Shown in pieces: positions 1 through 11,359 of a stretch of 64,000 nucleotides of DNA. Position 1 is the first letter of the stretch. Each line of letters opens with the position of its first letter. Below the pieces are notes generated by a model, which did no database searches, had not been told where the DNA came from, and saw only the letters and a list, made by a program, of their open reading frames with translations. Origin of the DNA: Dicyema japonicum (taxonomy: Eukaryota > Animalia > Dicyemida). The translations under genes were made by a program, and so were the position numbers. Where the stretch lies: NCBI GenBank assembly GCA_011109175.1, contig RDEW01000042.1, positions 68,504-132,503 on the forward strand, in the 5' to 3' direction.

Positions 1-639
1 TTTTTATTGTTGGTTAAATAAAGTGGGTATATTATTTTAAATTGATTTAAATTTTGCGTAAATTCTTGTGTGTCCTTAGTTCGAAGACAAGTCCTGTTTG
101 GTAATTGAAGAAGATATACATCCCGAAGTAAATCGATTAGTTATAGAATTTAATTTTCCACGTTGAATGTGTCTTTTCACTACGGATTCAGAGACAATTG
201 GATCACATGACTCCTTCTAATATGAATAAGGCACAGAGCCCAAGTTGTGAAATTTCAATTTAGTAAAAATATTAGTTATTTGGGATTCATTAAATTTTTT
301 ATTATAGAAACAGTTAACAACAACCTAAAGTTTTTTTTTAGTTGAGGGTAGCTGCTCTCAGAATTGAAAGCACATTTCTCTTCACGATTTTATGGGTTTC
401 AATGAGAAACTTTTCTCTTATATTTCCCTTTTCTCGTGATAAGTAATTCTTATGGTTCATCAGGGTTAGTGATTTCTTTCAATGACTAAATCAACCGGTT
501 CGAGTCGAACTGATCTTCCGAGTTCATTCAATTATGTTAATTTGGTTTTTTGTCCAGAACATCAGATGTGTGGATATCATCCATTTTTGAGTGAAAGAGA
601 GTGTAACCCGGATACAATATCCTTAGAAAAGACAGACAA

Positions 640-1190
640 ATTTTTTTCCTGGATAAAATGTCCCTAGAACTGTTTGACCTACTTTGATATGGATACACGA
701 GTGTATGATACAATTTTATACGGCAGGACCTGTAAACAAATCTCGATTAATATCATGATGGTTAAGGACTTATAAATGAATTGGGAAAGATTATAATACT
801 AGAACCTGTGCACACTCAGCTTCCTTCACTCCGGCGAGTTTGATAATGTTCTTCCGAAAACGTTTGGCAAGTGCAGTATCCTCTGTGTATAATCGCTTAA
901 GTTCCTGAGGTAGTGGTCTCAAATTTGGAAGTGATACCTATCTATAATATATGTATATTACAACCTTGCCATCTTGACAAACGACGCTGAGTCTCTTCTG
1001 GGACCTCTACAGCCCGGATTATTTGGCATGTGTTCTCAATTCGGTTAACCGACTGCTGTTCAGCCCGCATTTGTCGTGGCCGCAAATTTGATTCTATCGA
1101 TATGACAGTGGAGCCAATCCACCAAAAAATTCTTTTACCCATCGAACAGTGTATAAATGTTATAACACCACGTATGACTCTTAAACTCAT
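640..1190 (-). mobile_element. Helitron Rep/helicase N-terminal relic
   Basis: Minus-strand translation CQDGK^VSLPNLRPLPQELKRLYTEDTALAKRFRKNI, then a degenerate GP...YHTL, resembles the Helitron CC..GKV.LP...FR.NIR region. Candidate 27-nt intron at 938-964. Confidence 0.65.
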
Positions 1191-1489
1191 TTCCTTGTAT
1201 AAGAATAGGAACGCTCTGAAAATGAACCGGTCCTTACCTTTTCTCCTCTGATGAATATAAAATGCTTAAAATATCACAACCCCCATCAAAGCAAATAAAA
1301 AACCAACTATTATCATCTATTGGTCAAATAAAATCCACGAAGCCTTTGAATACTATCCTCGAATCAACGAAACTAGGTCTCGTCCCACTTTGAATCTTAA
1401 GGAATCTCATAACCTGAAGTATTATGCCTCTATAAGTCACAAGGAGTTCAAAGACTCACTCCTGTCTCCCACGTAAATTTGTACTAAAA

Positions 1490-1660
1490 ATAACCACATG
1501 GATCGAACTCTTTAAGAAGACCGAGGTTATACAAGCAATGAGATCCATGAAGAAGGCCTATACGTGTGTTCCCGGTTGTATTCTGGAATTCTACTAAAGT
1601 ATCTTAGAGACACTGTGATCAGATCAACTACCTCCATATTTAATCTCTCCTCAAACACTA
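1490..1660 (+). mobile_element. Non-LTR retrotransposon RT N-terminal fragment
   Basis: FKKTEVIQAMRSMKKA...LKYLRDTVIRSTTSIFNLS resembles RT domain 0. Confidence 0.55.
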
Positions 1661-1879
1661 ACGTTAAAAAACTTTAAAAACCGAAGGTCTCGCTTACATC
1701 ATACACCCCAATTTTCCTGACGTACGGGTTATATGTTTCATGAAAAACTCGTTTTTTTTAAAATTAAGCCTCATTTGCTTTTTCCCACTTTCAACGTGGA
1801 TTCAGATCGGATTGATCTGCAACGACGTACTTACCATTTTTGGGTGTTTCTGTATTTTTTGTACATCCAATCTATCTCT

Positions 1880-2700
1880 CTAGCGTCATAGAAGACAAAG
1901 ACACCAAGCTCACCATCTGGTCGGTGAATGTGAATAACAACTGAGGATATATTCACGTAGAAAAATCTAAATATTTGTATCTTCTATAAAAGCAAATGTT
2001 TTCTCGTCAATAGGCATAAAGTGGTTGTCATCTTCTAACATCATCTTCAGAAGTTTGTTGTCTCTATTATTCGAATTGTATCCAAAAGAAGTATCCTTAG
2101 TTTAAATCACCTCCAGAATGGCCTTCAGATTTCGGAGAACTCAGCTATCTCCAAAGTTCAGTATTTTAGCGAATTTGCTTAATTCACTGTTACTCAACTC
2201 TCACCAAAGAAGCCAACTCGCGATGTCGCTTTGTGATGGATCTGGCATTCACAAGCATGATTTTTATATTCATAGTTATGAACTTGGTGCCCTAGTATCC
2301 TTTATCTTCTCAAAATACTGATTACTGACTGAGGGCATCTCATTGCTCTAAGGAAAATTTTTTTTAACTTTTTCGACATCATTTTGATGACTTAGACTTG
2401 GTCGGCTTATCAGACTTGAACAAGCATGGTAGCTCAAATTGTGACTAGACTAGATTAGTCACAATTATTACATTTGGATACTTTCGAACTATGTGAACTT
2501 TTGGACACGTGACCCCGGTCTCAGCACCGAAGGCATTCACGCAGAAATGGGCAATACGTCCATAACCTTTTAAAACATTTACGTAGTCTCCTTGATCACT
2601 CGCACGTGATTTCCTATCTTCTAAATAACCCAGGTGTATTAGAGACATGCCTTAAGCCTTCGAACTTGAAAATTAACTCCATAACACGGAGTTTCATTCT
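1880..2700 (-). mobile_element. LINE relic: ORF1 zinc-knuckle remnant plus APE endonuclease
   Basis: GYGRIAHFC...TCPKVH (decayed CCHC), then MNIKIMLVNARSITKRHREL, GGDLN and FGYNSNNRDNKLL. Confidence 0.65.
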
Positions 2701-2949
2701 TAACAAACGGCTTATCAACTAGAGAGTAGTCTTCTGATATAAGTCTGTAGATCACTATCCTCCACCTATATAAATAAATTGTTTTCCGACGATTTCGGTT
2801 GTTCTAAACCACAACAATTTTACCTGTAACTCAGGAATTTTTATGGTGAGTTAAACTTTTCGACGAAAAGGTTTTTATCCCTCATTTCCTTAATTCCAAC
2901 CGGAAAGCTACAGACATTTTCCCGATGACTTTGGCATTTTTTTGGAGAT

Positions 2950-3200
2950 TTTAACGCACCTAAGGAGTTGGTGAATTTAAAGCTTCAATTGCTCTTGTTA
3001 ATCACAGAGCAGGGGAGGTTTGTCTACCTTCAAATCATCTCACGTGCACATGTTTTTATTTGTCGAGTATTTTGTGCAATTTACTAAGAAACTCATTTAG
3101 AGAAAGGGTCATCCATGCGAAGAAAAATAACTTCCAAAATAGTCTGGATCAAATGCCTTCAGAAGACAAGCTAACTATTAGACGTGAAGAACGTCTTGAA
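2950..3200 (+). mobile_element. Possible hAT transposase C-terminal relic
   Basis: ELVNLK...SSILC...KKNNFQNSLDQ only loosely resembles the hAT dimerisation region. Confidence 0.3.
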
Positions 3201-3376
3201 GAGTATCATTTAATTTGTTTGCCTAGTAAGTTGGGTTTTCCCATGATACGAGTATTAAAGATAGAAGAATGCAGGATAAATGTAGTTTCTACGTTAAACT
3301 ACCGATCCAGTACTGTGAACATTAACATTCCTCACTAATATTCATTTCTGAGAATTCGAATGCCAAAATGGATACA

Positions 3377-3457
3377 GCGTGGATGAAACCTCCACGGAAA
3401 AGCATGGTATGTAAGAGGAAACCTATCAGTAACCTTACTTGCTAATTTCAGTCATGC
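3377..3457 (+). ncRNA. Candidate degenerate HDV-like ribozyme
   Basis: P2-like helix GCGTGGATGAAA/TTTCAGTCATGC (11 of 12 pairs), ACC-TCCACG, GG after a putative P1 3' strand, P4 GTAAG/CTTAC, J4/2 GCTAA. P1 is not supported. Confidence 0.35.
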
Positions 3458-3527
3458 GAATAATTTATTTCATCTGCAACACTTGCTTCATGAAGCCAGC
3501 AAAAAACAAAACTACCACATGGTCAGG

Positions 3528-3760
3528 TCACGAAACGAATTCTGATGACCAAATTATCAAAATATACAGAATTAATAATATGCCGGCGTAAATGCAGATT
3601 GTCACTAACGTTCTTAAGTGGACCGAGGACTGAGGGTGGTGACATAATATAGACAGTTTGAAGACTGACTCCAGCTGTGATTTTAGAGTACAGTAAACAT
3701 CTTTAATCCGAAACCCAACGTATCTATATACTTTAAAACTCAACAATCACGGGATTCCAA
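3528..3760 (-). mobile_element. Non-LTR RT C-terminal fragment
   Basis: FKVYRYVGFRI...LKSQLESVFK resembles RT domain 7/thumb. Confidence 0.4.
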
Positions 3761-3811
3761 TTCAGAAAACTATGCAGAAAGTTGATTAACAAACATCATA
3801 GTGACTTCTAA

Positions 3812-3970
3812 GCCGGGTGGCATAGTGGTTAGGTCTCGGGCTTAAGTGGCTTAGGCTACGGGTTCGAATCTTGCTTCTGTTCACCTGGTGGAAGGTTTCA
3901 CGCATCTACGATGCAGAAAGGGTTTGACGAGTGACGTTGTCATCAGTGTATACTCACTGCGGAACTGGAT
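3812..3970 (+). mobile_element. tRNA-derived SINE family 1, copy a (3'-truncated)
   Basis: A box GGCATAGTGG, B box GGTTCGAATC, and a core shared with five other copies. Confidence 0.85.
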
Positions 3971-4342
3971 GAGTTAAATTATATAAAAATTAACATATAA
4001 AATAATTTTTGTGATAATGAACACGTTTTTTCTACCAATAAGAGTGGAAGATTTCCTACGGACCTTCCTGTGAATGAACCGGATAGACAAAACAATGAGA
4101 ACGCAGGCGAAGTGGTCCGAGGGCTGTTCAGAGTACAAGAAATTGATCCAAATTCACCAGCAGAGAGCAGAACAAATATCATATCTCTCCAAGCGATTAT
4201 CGGCCAGGTTTATAAGAAGGACAAAGTTGAGTCGGTGTCTGAGGTTTTCCGAGTATCCAAGGCATGATTTGGAAGAATACCTCGAGAAGGATGGCCTTTA
4301 ATAACGAAAAAACTTCAATGATAAATTTAATACGTTGAAGTC

Positions 4343-4452
4343 TGTAGCGTCATGTTTAGGGTTGGGGGTTATGGATAGGGATTAAAGACAGGGTTAGGAC
4401 TAGGGTTATTGATTAGAGTCAGGGTTAGGGATCAGGGTATGGGGTTAGGGAT
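4343..4452 (+). repeat. Degenerate TTAGGG-like tract
   Basis: Repeated TAGGGTT, GGGTTAGGG and CAGGGTTAGG motifs over about 110 nt. Confidence 0.65.
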
Positions 4453-4608
4453 TATAGACAATCCGGTTCCGCAGTGAAGTTCACTGATGACACCGTCACT
4501 CGTCAATCTAAAGCATATTGATGCGTGGAACCTTCAACCGAAATTTGCAGTATCAGGATTCGAACTATCGACCTTTAGGCCTTTCGCCCGGCAACTGTCA
4601 CACTGCTC
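4453..4608 (-). mobile_element. SINE family 1, copy b (3'-truncated)
   Basis: Reverse complement has B box GTTCGAATCC and core GGTTCCAC...TGACGAGTGACG...CAGTGAACTTCACTGCGGAACC. Confidence 0.85.
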
Positions 4609-4709
4609 CACTAGTCGAATGGTCAAACATAAACTGGCATATGGACTTGATTTAAAATCTAAATTACAGACTAGTTATGAAAGACGTGGAAGATCTATTG
4701 AAAAAATTT

Positions 4710-4826
4710 TGCACCACTTGAAAAAATAATTCTTGTTTGGTGCAAGGGGTCAATAATTCGAAGAGAAANTTTGCACCACTTGAAAAAATAATTCTTGTTT
4801 GGAGCAAGGGGTCAATAATTCGAAGA
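4710..4826. repeat. About 60-bp tandem duplication spanning an N
   Basis: TTGCACCACTTGAAAAAATAATTCTTG...GGGGTCAATAATTCGAAG occurs twice, with N at 4769. Likely an assembly junction. Confidence 0.8.
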
Positions 4827-5745
4827 AAAGACATATGGTGTATCGTTATACTAGACCCTATTAACTAGGACAAACTCATTGGCTTCTCCCTGATTTAATT
4901 AGTGTTCAATTAGTAAGAGTTTGTTATGTTAATAAAATTATCTATCTATCTTTTTTTAGGTCAATAATGCATACAGTTACTATGACCTATTGGGTAATTT
5001 TTTACTCTAAACTACTCTAAATGTATCAGCGTTTTTCTCTAACGATTTTTGTGAGTTTACATTCACATATGAGTCGAGAAATTTGTTTAAATATCAGTTT
5101 TTGGATGTTTAGTTTAGAGATTTTGGCTGGACATGATGGCATGCGACAAATTTTATTTAATTTTAACAAATAAGTCTCAATGTAGTCTTGGAAAATTTTG
5201 GGCAACATAGCGTTGTGCTTTAAGTTTATCATATCACCATATTTTACCCGGTCCAGAAATTATCCCAAAAATATTAAAATTGTTAATTATTTTAAGTAAA
5301 AATCTTATTATCATAACTAACCTATTCAACTAATTAAATTTTTTCACGTGTCTCCGTTTCCGCCACTAACGGAGATTCTTTCAACTTTCTACCATTATCT
5401 TTTTGCACTGTAGGTTGCAAAATGGCGTGATTAGGGTACATGCTCTCAAGGGTTCTCTTGGCAACAGTTACTTTTATATATAATAGATAGTTCTATTTAC
5501 TTCCAACTGCCTCAAATACCACGGGTTTAATTTTTGTCACGATACAATTCCATGTCATCACACAGGAATAACATGGACTTGTGTCAATTAAATAAAACGT
5601 GATGATAATTAAGATTTGAAGGTTTAAAGATTCCAGCACAATATGTTAAATCAAATGCAACCAAATAAAAAAGTAAAGCACTGTGAGCAATCCTATATTG
5701 CTAGTTACTTAAAGAATACGATCAATACAGACCAATACAGTCGAA

Positions 5746-6071
5746 AAAACCCTCTAAACTCGTGGCGCCATGTGGTGCTGCGTGGTTAATTGGCTTTATT
5801 TTTTCTGCTTGCTTGTCTGTTCCTCCTCTTTCTTCCTAATAGAGTGGCGTCATGTGATCCACCTGTCTAGGTGACGCCCGGTGCCAGGCCGGCATGATCA
5901 TTTGCTCTTCCCCACTCCACTGGAGGGGTTTCCACAACTGCATGTAATGGACGTCTTACTTTTTATGCTGATTCTGGATGGACTCTGTTTCTGTATAAGT
6001 GGAAACTAGATACACTTAACTAGTTGTTTACTTAACTTCTTTCTCGGTGTATCCTGGGTCAACAAATAAAT
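5746..6071 (+). mobile_element. Short non-autonomous retroelement family 2, copy A, full length with 12-bp TSD
   Basis: TSD AATACAGTCGAA at 5734-5745 and 6072-6083. Structured core at 5846-5901. The 3' tail resembles the LINE end near 20503-20535. Confidence 0.8.
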
Positions 6072-8519
6072 AATACAGTCGAAGTTATGAGTAATTTGAA
6101 TGATTCCCCTATCGTTGATCTCTATTGCTGTCGTGAGAGGCGACTCCACGACAAGGGTCAATAGTTATACTTAATAAATGTTATTTTATAAATGAAATAA
6201 TATCTCATAGGTAGTCCCTGGTGTTTTGTAATAGGAACGTCTTAGTAATATTGAGTTAAATAACTCCTGTCTCATATACTTGTAGGAAACAAACGGCTAT
6301 TGAGTAAATCCAAAAACATAATCATTGCTTTTAAAGATCACTATATCCAGAAAACTTCTGAACGTTTAAATGAAATGTTCGATCACCTATGAAAATGCTG
6401 GAGATAAAAGTATGCACTACGTTAATTTGATCAAACAAAAAATTTAAGAATTATGCATCTTCTCTGGATAATGATGCGTTATAAATTCCTTGCTCAAACA
6501 ATGTGAAGATATTGGGAGTCACCATCGACTCTAACAACTTATATTGGAGTCACCAAAACATGCTAAAGAAGATTTAAATTATGAAAACGGTCCGAGTATG
6601 GGAAACTCATCTGTTTGGTCAACTAAAAATGATAATTGAGTTTCAGTCTGTAGTTAATGAAATTGAAATGATTTTTGATGATCAATTTGAAATAGGGATA
6701 ACGTTGTCTAGTTTCCAGATTAGAAAAGGTTGAAAAATTCAATTCTCTAAAATCCTTTCCTCCCACTCCAATTACTTCTGTGCCATCGCGGGACCCATTA
6801 CTTCTCGGAACTGTTTGCGCTTGTACCTACACAGGAAGACAACGGGGGACGGATGCCTGACAAAAATCGACAATTTTCACTGATGAACATAGTGTGTTCC
6901 CTTATTCTTGGACGAACAGAGGAATCCGCTGCTATTCATTCGTATGCAAGACTCGAAATCAATCAAAATGAGACATCAATCAATGTGAGAACTTACCAAG
7001 TTAACTAAAAACAAATTTCGATACAAATCACAATAAATTATCTGAATCGTAAAAAGCAGGTTAAGAGAATGTTTTTAATATCAATATGTAATGGATTATA
7101 ACATCTTTTTTATATTTTATTATGTAAATGACAGCAAAGATCAAAACAATTCCAAAACTTTTTCTTTCCTGATTCCTAAGGTTAACCACCTGAAAACTAT
7201 CAAATCAAAGGTTTGTAGAAGCGGGTACACTTTCTCATAAAATTAGATTTGTAAAGTCCACCATTCTTATTTCAGTTACTGAAAATTGAATATTGTGGTA
7301 ACTCCCTCTGCTTGTGTTTTTGCCCGGTTAATGATGTCACTAAACTCAGTAAAAACAACCGAAAAGTAAATAAACAAGGGAAAATCATTTTTTTAAATTG
7401 TTAATAATTTGATCCTTCTCATTAACCATCATTAAATAATGTGCCTCGGTTTTTTTAAATGTCTCCTCCAAATACTATGATAAACAACATAAATACATCA
7501 TATTTAGACTTAAAGAATTCCTGTGATTCACTATACGTGTTAGCAATCTCGCATGCAGGGTTCTCAGTAAATTTAAATATTTCGATAGAGGATTCATAAA
7601 ATTTCTATGATTTAAGGGATTTTTCACAACAGAGAAAGACTCAGTCAAATCTTCAAGGTCATTTTTCAGTTTTTGAAGACTACTACAGTCAGTGGAGCCG
7701 ACAGATGATTTGAGTTCTGTACTTTGATTTTCAGTTGGGATGATCTCATTATTATATTAAAACTACTTTTTTAGGAGAGCCTGTGAGAAATGATTCGGAG
7801 ATGAGATCGCTCGGCCCCTCCTCCACAATAGTCTAGAAATGAGTCATTAGAGAAACATTGTCATTTTCATTCGAATTAATCTCACTTGTGATTGAAATCG
7901 GGACCTTAGTCGGCTACAGTCTCTTCTTTAGTCGGACAATTCTCTTGGTTCTGTAATAATATAATTTTTACGATACCGTTCCGAATTTCCTCTCTAATGC
8001 TTCAAATAGCCTGGCATCGGCTGTTTCTGAGTGTTTATCGGCACCAGGGACTAAAACACTGATGTGATTTCTATATGTGACTAATCTCAAATACAATGTA
8101 TCTTCATAAAAGTATTGATAGTATTCACCGTCACCGTTTGACATCACCACAATGATTTAATCAATACGCGGCTATTTTTACAAATTTGTTTTAATAATGT
8201 TTTTAATTTACTTTTAACATTTATAAATAACTGCTTTTAATAGTTCCACAATGAAGATGATAAATACAAAACTATATGTCTATTATAAAGTTAAAAAAAT
8301 TATCAACATAATTAGCTTAGCGCGCGTCAATTTTCTCCGCTCCTGGTGGCTACAACAGGGAAATTAGTCACACAGTAATAGGATCAGTTGCTTACCAGAA
8401 TCAAGAAGAATGTCTCTCTTTGACGACTCTCTCTGTATTATTCATCTGATCTGATAGAACGTTCTTAATCATCTCTAGAGACATCAAACCTAATCCGGAA
8501 CCAGCGAAATCTCTTTTTA

Positions 8520-9610
8520 TCATTCAGCTAAACATAAATGGAGTGAGAGGAAAGATAATAGAGCTCAGATCTTTCTTAAAGAGTACAACTTCTGCGTGTG
8601 CCTACTACAGAAGACGAAACTGACACACTCTTCCCACTCAACACTTCCGGGATACATTGTTATCAGAAAGGATCGCCAGTTTGGCCACGGAGGAGGAGTC
8701 ATTACTCTCGTCAAAAGTGAGATCTGGCACACAATAACGCTTGCATTATGATCCTCCATCTCTTGTGAATACATAGGGATCTCCATTCGAACAAACATGG
8801 TAAATATTAGAACTGTGAACATGTACATTTCTGCCTAAAGGAGTTTACCTTCTCCCCGGATGTGCTACATAATACCAACATTTGTTGATATATGGCGACA
8901 TAAACGCGAAACACCCGATCTGGTACTAAAGCCAAACGCCAGAGGAAATCTTCTTTTCTACTAGATAATTTCATTATCCTTAAAGACTATCGGATGAACA
9001 CAAGAAAACCTTATAGGGCTTATGATAACACAACTTCACCTTATTTGACAATGCCACCCCCTAGCATTGCTTCTCTTGCAACTATCTGATTTATGACTTC
9101 CAGAGCGACCACAATACTTCTCATTCGTTTGAAGGGCACGCTTATCTCTGAAAGAAGACGAAACACTTTCCTGGATTACAGAAACGTTAATTGGAAAGTT
9201 TTTGCTAATATATGAGGTTTTCAAAACTTTATTGTGCTCGATTGATATATGCAGGGCTTTTGACTCGATCCCCAGAAAAAGCTTAACGAGGAAGACGTAC
9301 TGCTAAGAAATCGCCAGCATTTTCAATAGATGATTCGGGAACTTTATCACTGGTAGAAGAGGAAAAGTTGTAACAAAATCCTGCCAAACATAGAAAAGAT
9401 TTGCTCCGTCCAATCCAGTATGATGACAGGAATACCAATAAGTACAACCCAATTTGAGGTCCTTGATTAAATCGAGTGGCATATTCAACCAAATAGGAAC
9501 ATCCAGAAGAACGGTGCTAATGAAAAAGTGTCGGTCCCCGAAAGCAACATCGGGAAAATATGAGAATATTGCTGAGAGAAGCCAGGATCACCTGATGGCG
9601 TTTTCCTATT
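8520..9610 (+). mobile_element. Internally deleted I-group (Ingi/Vingi-like) LINE relic
   Basis: APE motifs NINGVRGKIIEL, GYIVIRKDR..GHGGGV and YGDINAKHP, an RT fragment (ID...AFDSIPRK), and 3' motif GGATCACCTGATGGCG. Confidence 0.75.
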
Positions 9611-9699
9611 AATTAGTGTTTACCTGGTGATTTTGGTTTATTAATAATAATAAAATTAGCATAGCATTAGACGGTCCACCGATTTGACAGGATTTGAGA

Positions 9700-10690
9700 A
9701 ACCAAGGGACAGCTAATGCCCACTCGAAAAAGACATTTAAGCGGGGAAAATCGCATATTCACGAGGATATCCTCAGACATCTAAGAGAAACTCACTTTAG
9801 GCAATTGATATCAACGGGATTAAAGGGAATATTAGAGAATCAGCTCACTCCCGGCATGTCAGAAGATCAATGTGGCCACGATTCAAAAACCAACCTAACT
9901 TAAATTAACCTATTCCATCATTCCCCGGAAACAAGGTTATTAGGATAGACCGTAAGGAGAAAAGAGATGGAGGTCAGCTTACTTTATTCAAAAAAACTTG
10001 AAATGGAGAGAATTCTTCGGAGATGAGGAAACTTGTTAGGATGATGAGTTACCGAAACAATTGGAATCTCACTCGGACAGCGAAATGAAAACTATTCTTT
10101 GTGCTCATCTAAGTTACCTGGTTCCTGCCCGAAGAGCAATGTTATGGCAAACCCTTCAAGACGGGTCACCTTCGATGAGATCATTTGCGGCATCTGAATG
10201 CAAAGCACCCTTATAACTGTCATCTCAACTAGCCGACGTGAGAGGGAAATTTTTGTTATCACAAAAGGACTCCCCAACGATATTGAATGATCCATCGAAA
10301 AATACAAGAGACGGATCAACCTACCTCGTCAGCCGTAACACTCTGCTCCTCGTCATTTTCATCGAAAATTACCTGGTCAGTCTTCTCTGAAACAAAAGTG
10401 ATCATAATCACTTTTTGATTGTGGTAAAGATTAAGGGATATGCCAAGATGGGGAGAATTCCTAGCACCGACAATTACAAAGGTGCTGACTGGAGGTTATA
10501 TCGAGCGATCTCGGACGACAGACTGAAAATGTTTGATCTTCAACTATTCGATTAATCAAAATGTGATACCGTTAATCTGGAAAAAGGCACATATTCGGCC
10601 AATACTGAAATCTGGAAGACCAATAGATGACCTAGCATCATGTAGACATTTGTCTCTACTATGCTCTATGTCTAAATCCTGGGAGATTTT
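9700..10690 (+). mobile_element. I-group LINE APE plus RT N-terminal relic
   Basis: IDINGIKG, GYRIDRK...GG, LNAKHP, DHN, then IPLIWKKAHIRPILKSGR...SCRHLSLLCSMSK. Confidence 0.75.
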
Positions 10691-10999
10691 TACTGAGAAG
10701 ACGGGAAGAGGCCAGACAAGATTACAATCTTGTATTTGCATGGAAGATCTTTTGCATGGAGATATCAAGTGTGTCGATACCTCCTTGGGTCTCATTTGTT
10801 TTCCTGACTTGAGAAACTGTTTTCTTATGTTCAAACTCCCTTCAAAACCTTGAGAGAGATTGAAGACCCTTCAACAAAATTAGAGTTGGTCAATGTGATC
10901 GACTTTTTTAAAGACGTGATCGGAGAAAATCTCTTAGTTGTACCAGTGCTATATTTATGCTCAGCGTGTGAGGCTCAGAGAGTAGGGGATATATAAATA

Positions 11000-11210
11000 T
11001 ATGACTAAGGACAAAATCTTTCAACAACATTCAGTAGTATACCTCGACGGACTGTTGAAAGCCTTCGATAAGTCTATGCCAAGGATTGTAGTTAGTTTTG
11101 GTCTCTTTGGTTTACAGCGCTGTGCCACTTGTGGCTCCATATTATATCCGTTGTATATCACCCATTCCTTAATCCACTATGACTTGGTTCAAGATAGTCT
11201 TAATTTGATC
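11000..11210 (-). mobile_element. I-group RT fragment
   Basis: KRPKLTTILGIDLSKAFNS resembles RT domain 3. Confidence 0.55.
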
Positions 11211-11359
11211 CATGACGAGATTCAATGTTACCAATGTAAAGACTTTACGTGGAGTGTTGAGCGAGATTTTCAGATTTGATTTATTAAAAGATTAAATTAA
11301 TTAATCTTAAATTTAAAAAAATCAAAAAAACACGGAGGAGGTTATTTTATTTAGAACAG

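Noticed and set aside
3812-3885. tRNA gene (also the other SINE heads)
   Set aside because: A and B boxes are present, but there is no proper acceptor stem and the sequence continues into a shared SINE body.
4484-4530. CTGATGA on the antisense strand of SINE family 1 (also near 19532 and 26647)
   Set aside because: No GAAA after stem II and no NUH site, so not a hammerhead.
4710-4826. 60-bp direct repeat
   Set aside because: Centred on an N; most likely a scaffolding or overlap artefact.
5763-5775. TGGCGCC as an LTR primer-binding site
   Set aside because: Does not continue as tRNA-Lys complement (CGAACAGGGAC), no adjacent LTR, and the element has a LINE tail and TSD.
5887-5896. GGCCGGCATG identical to the first 10 nt of the genomic HDV ribozyme
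   Set aside because: It falls in the P4-like hairpin and downstream sequence does not follow HDV; coincidental.
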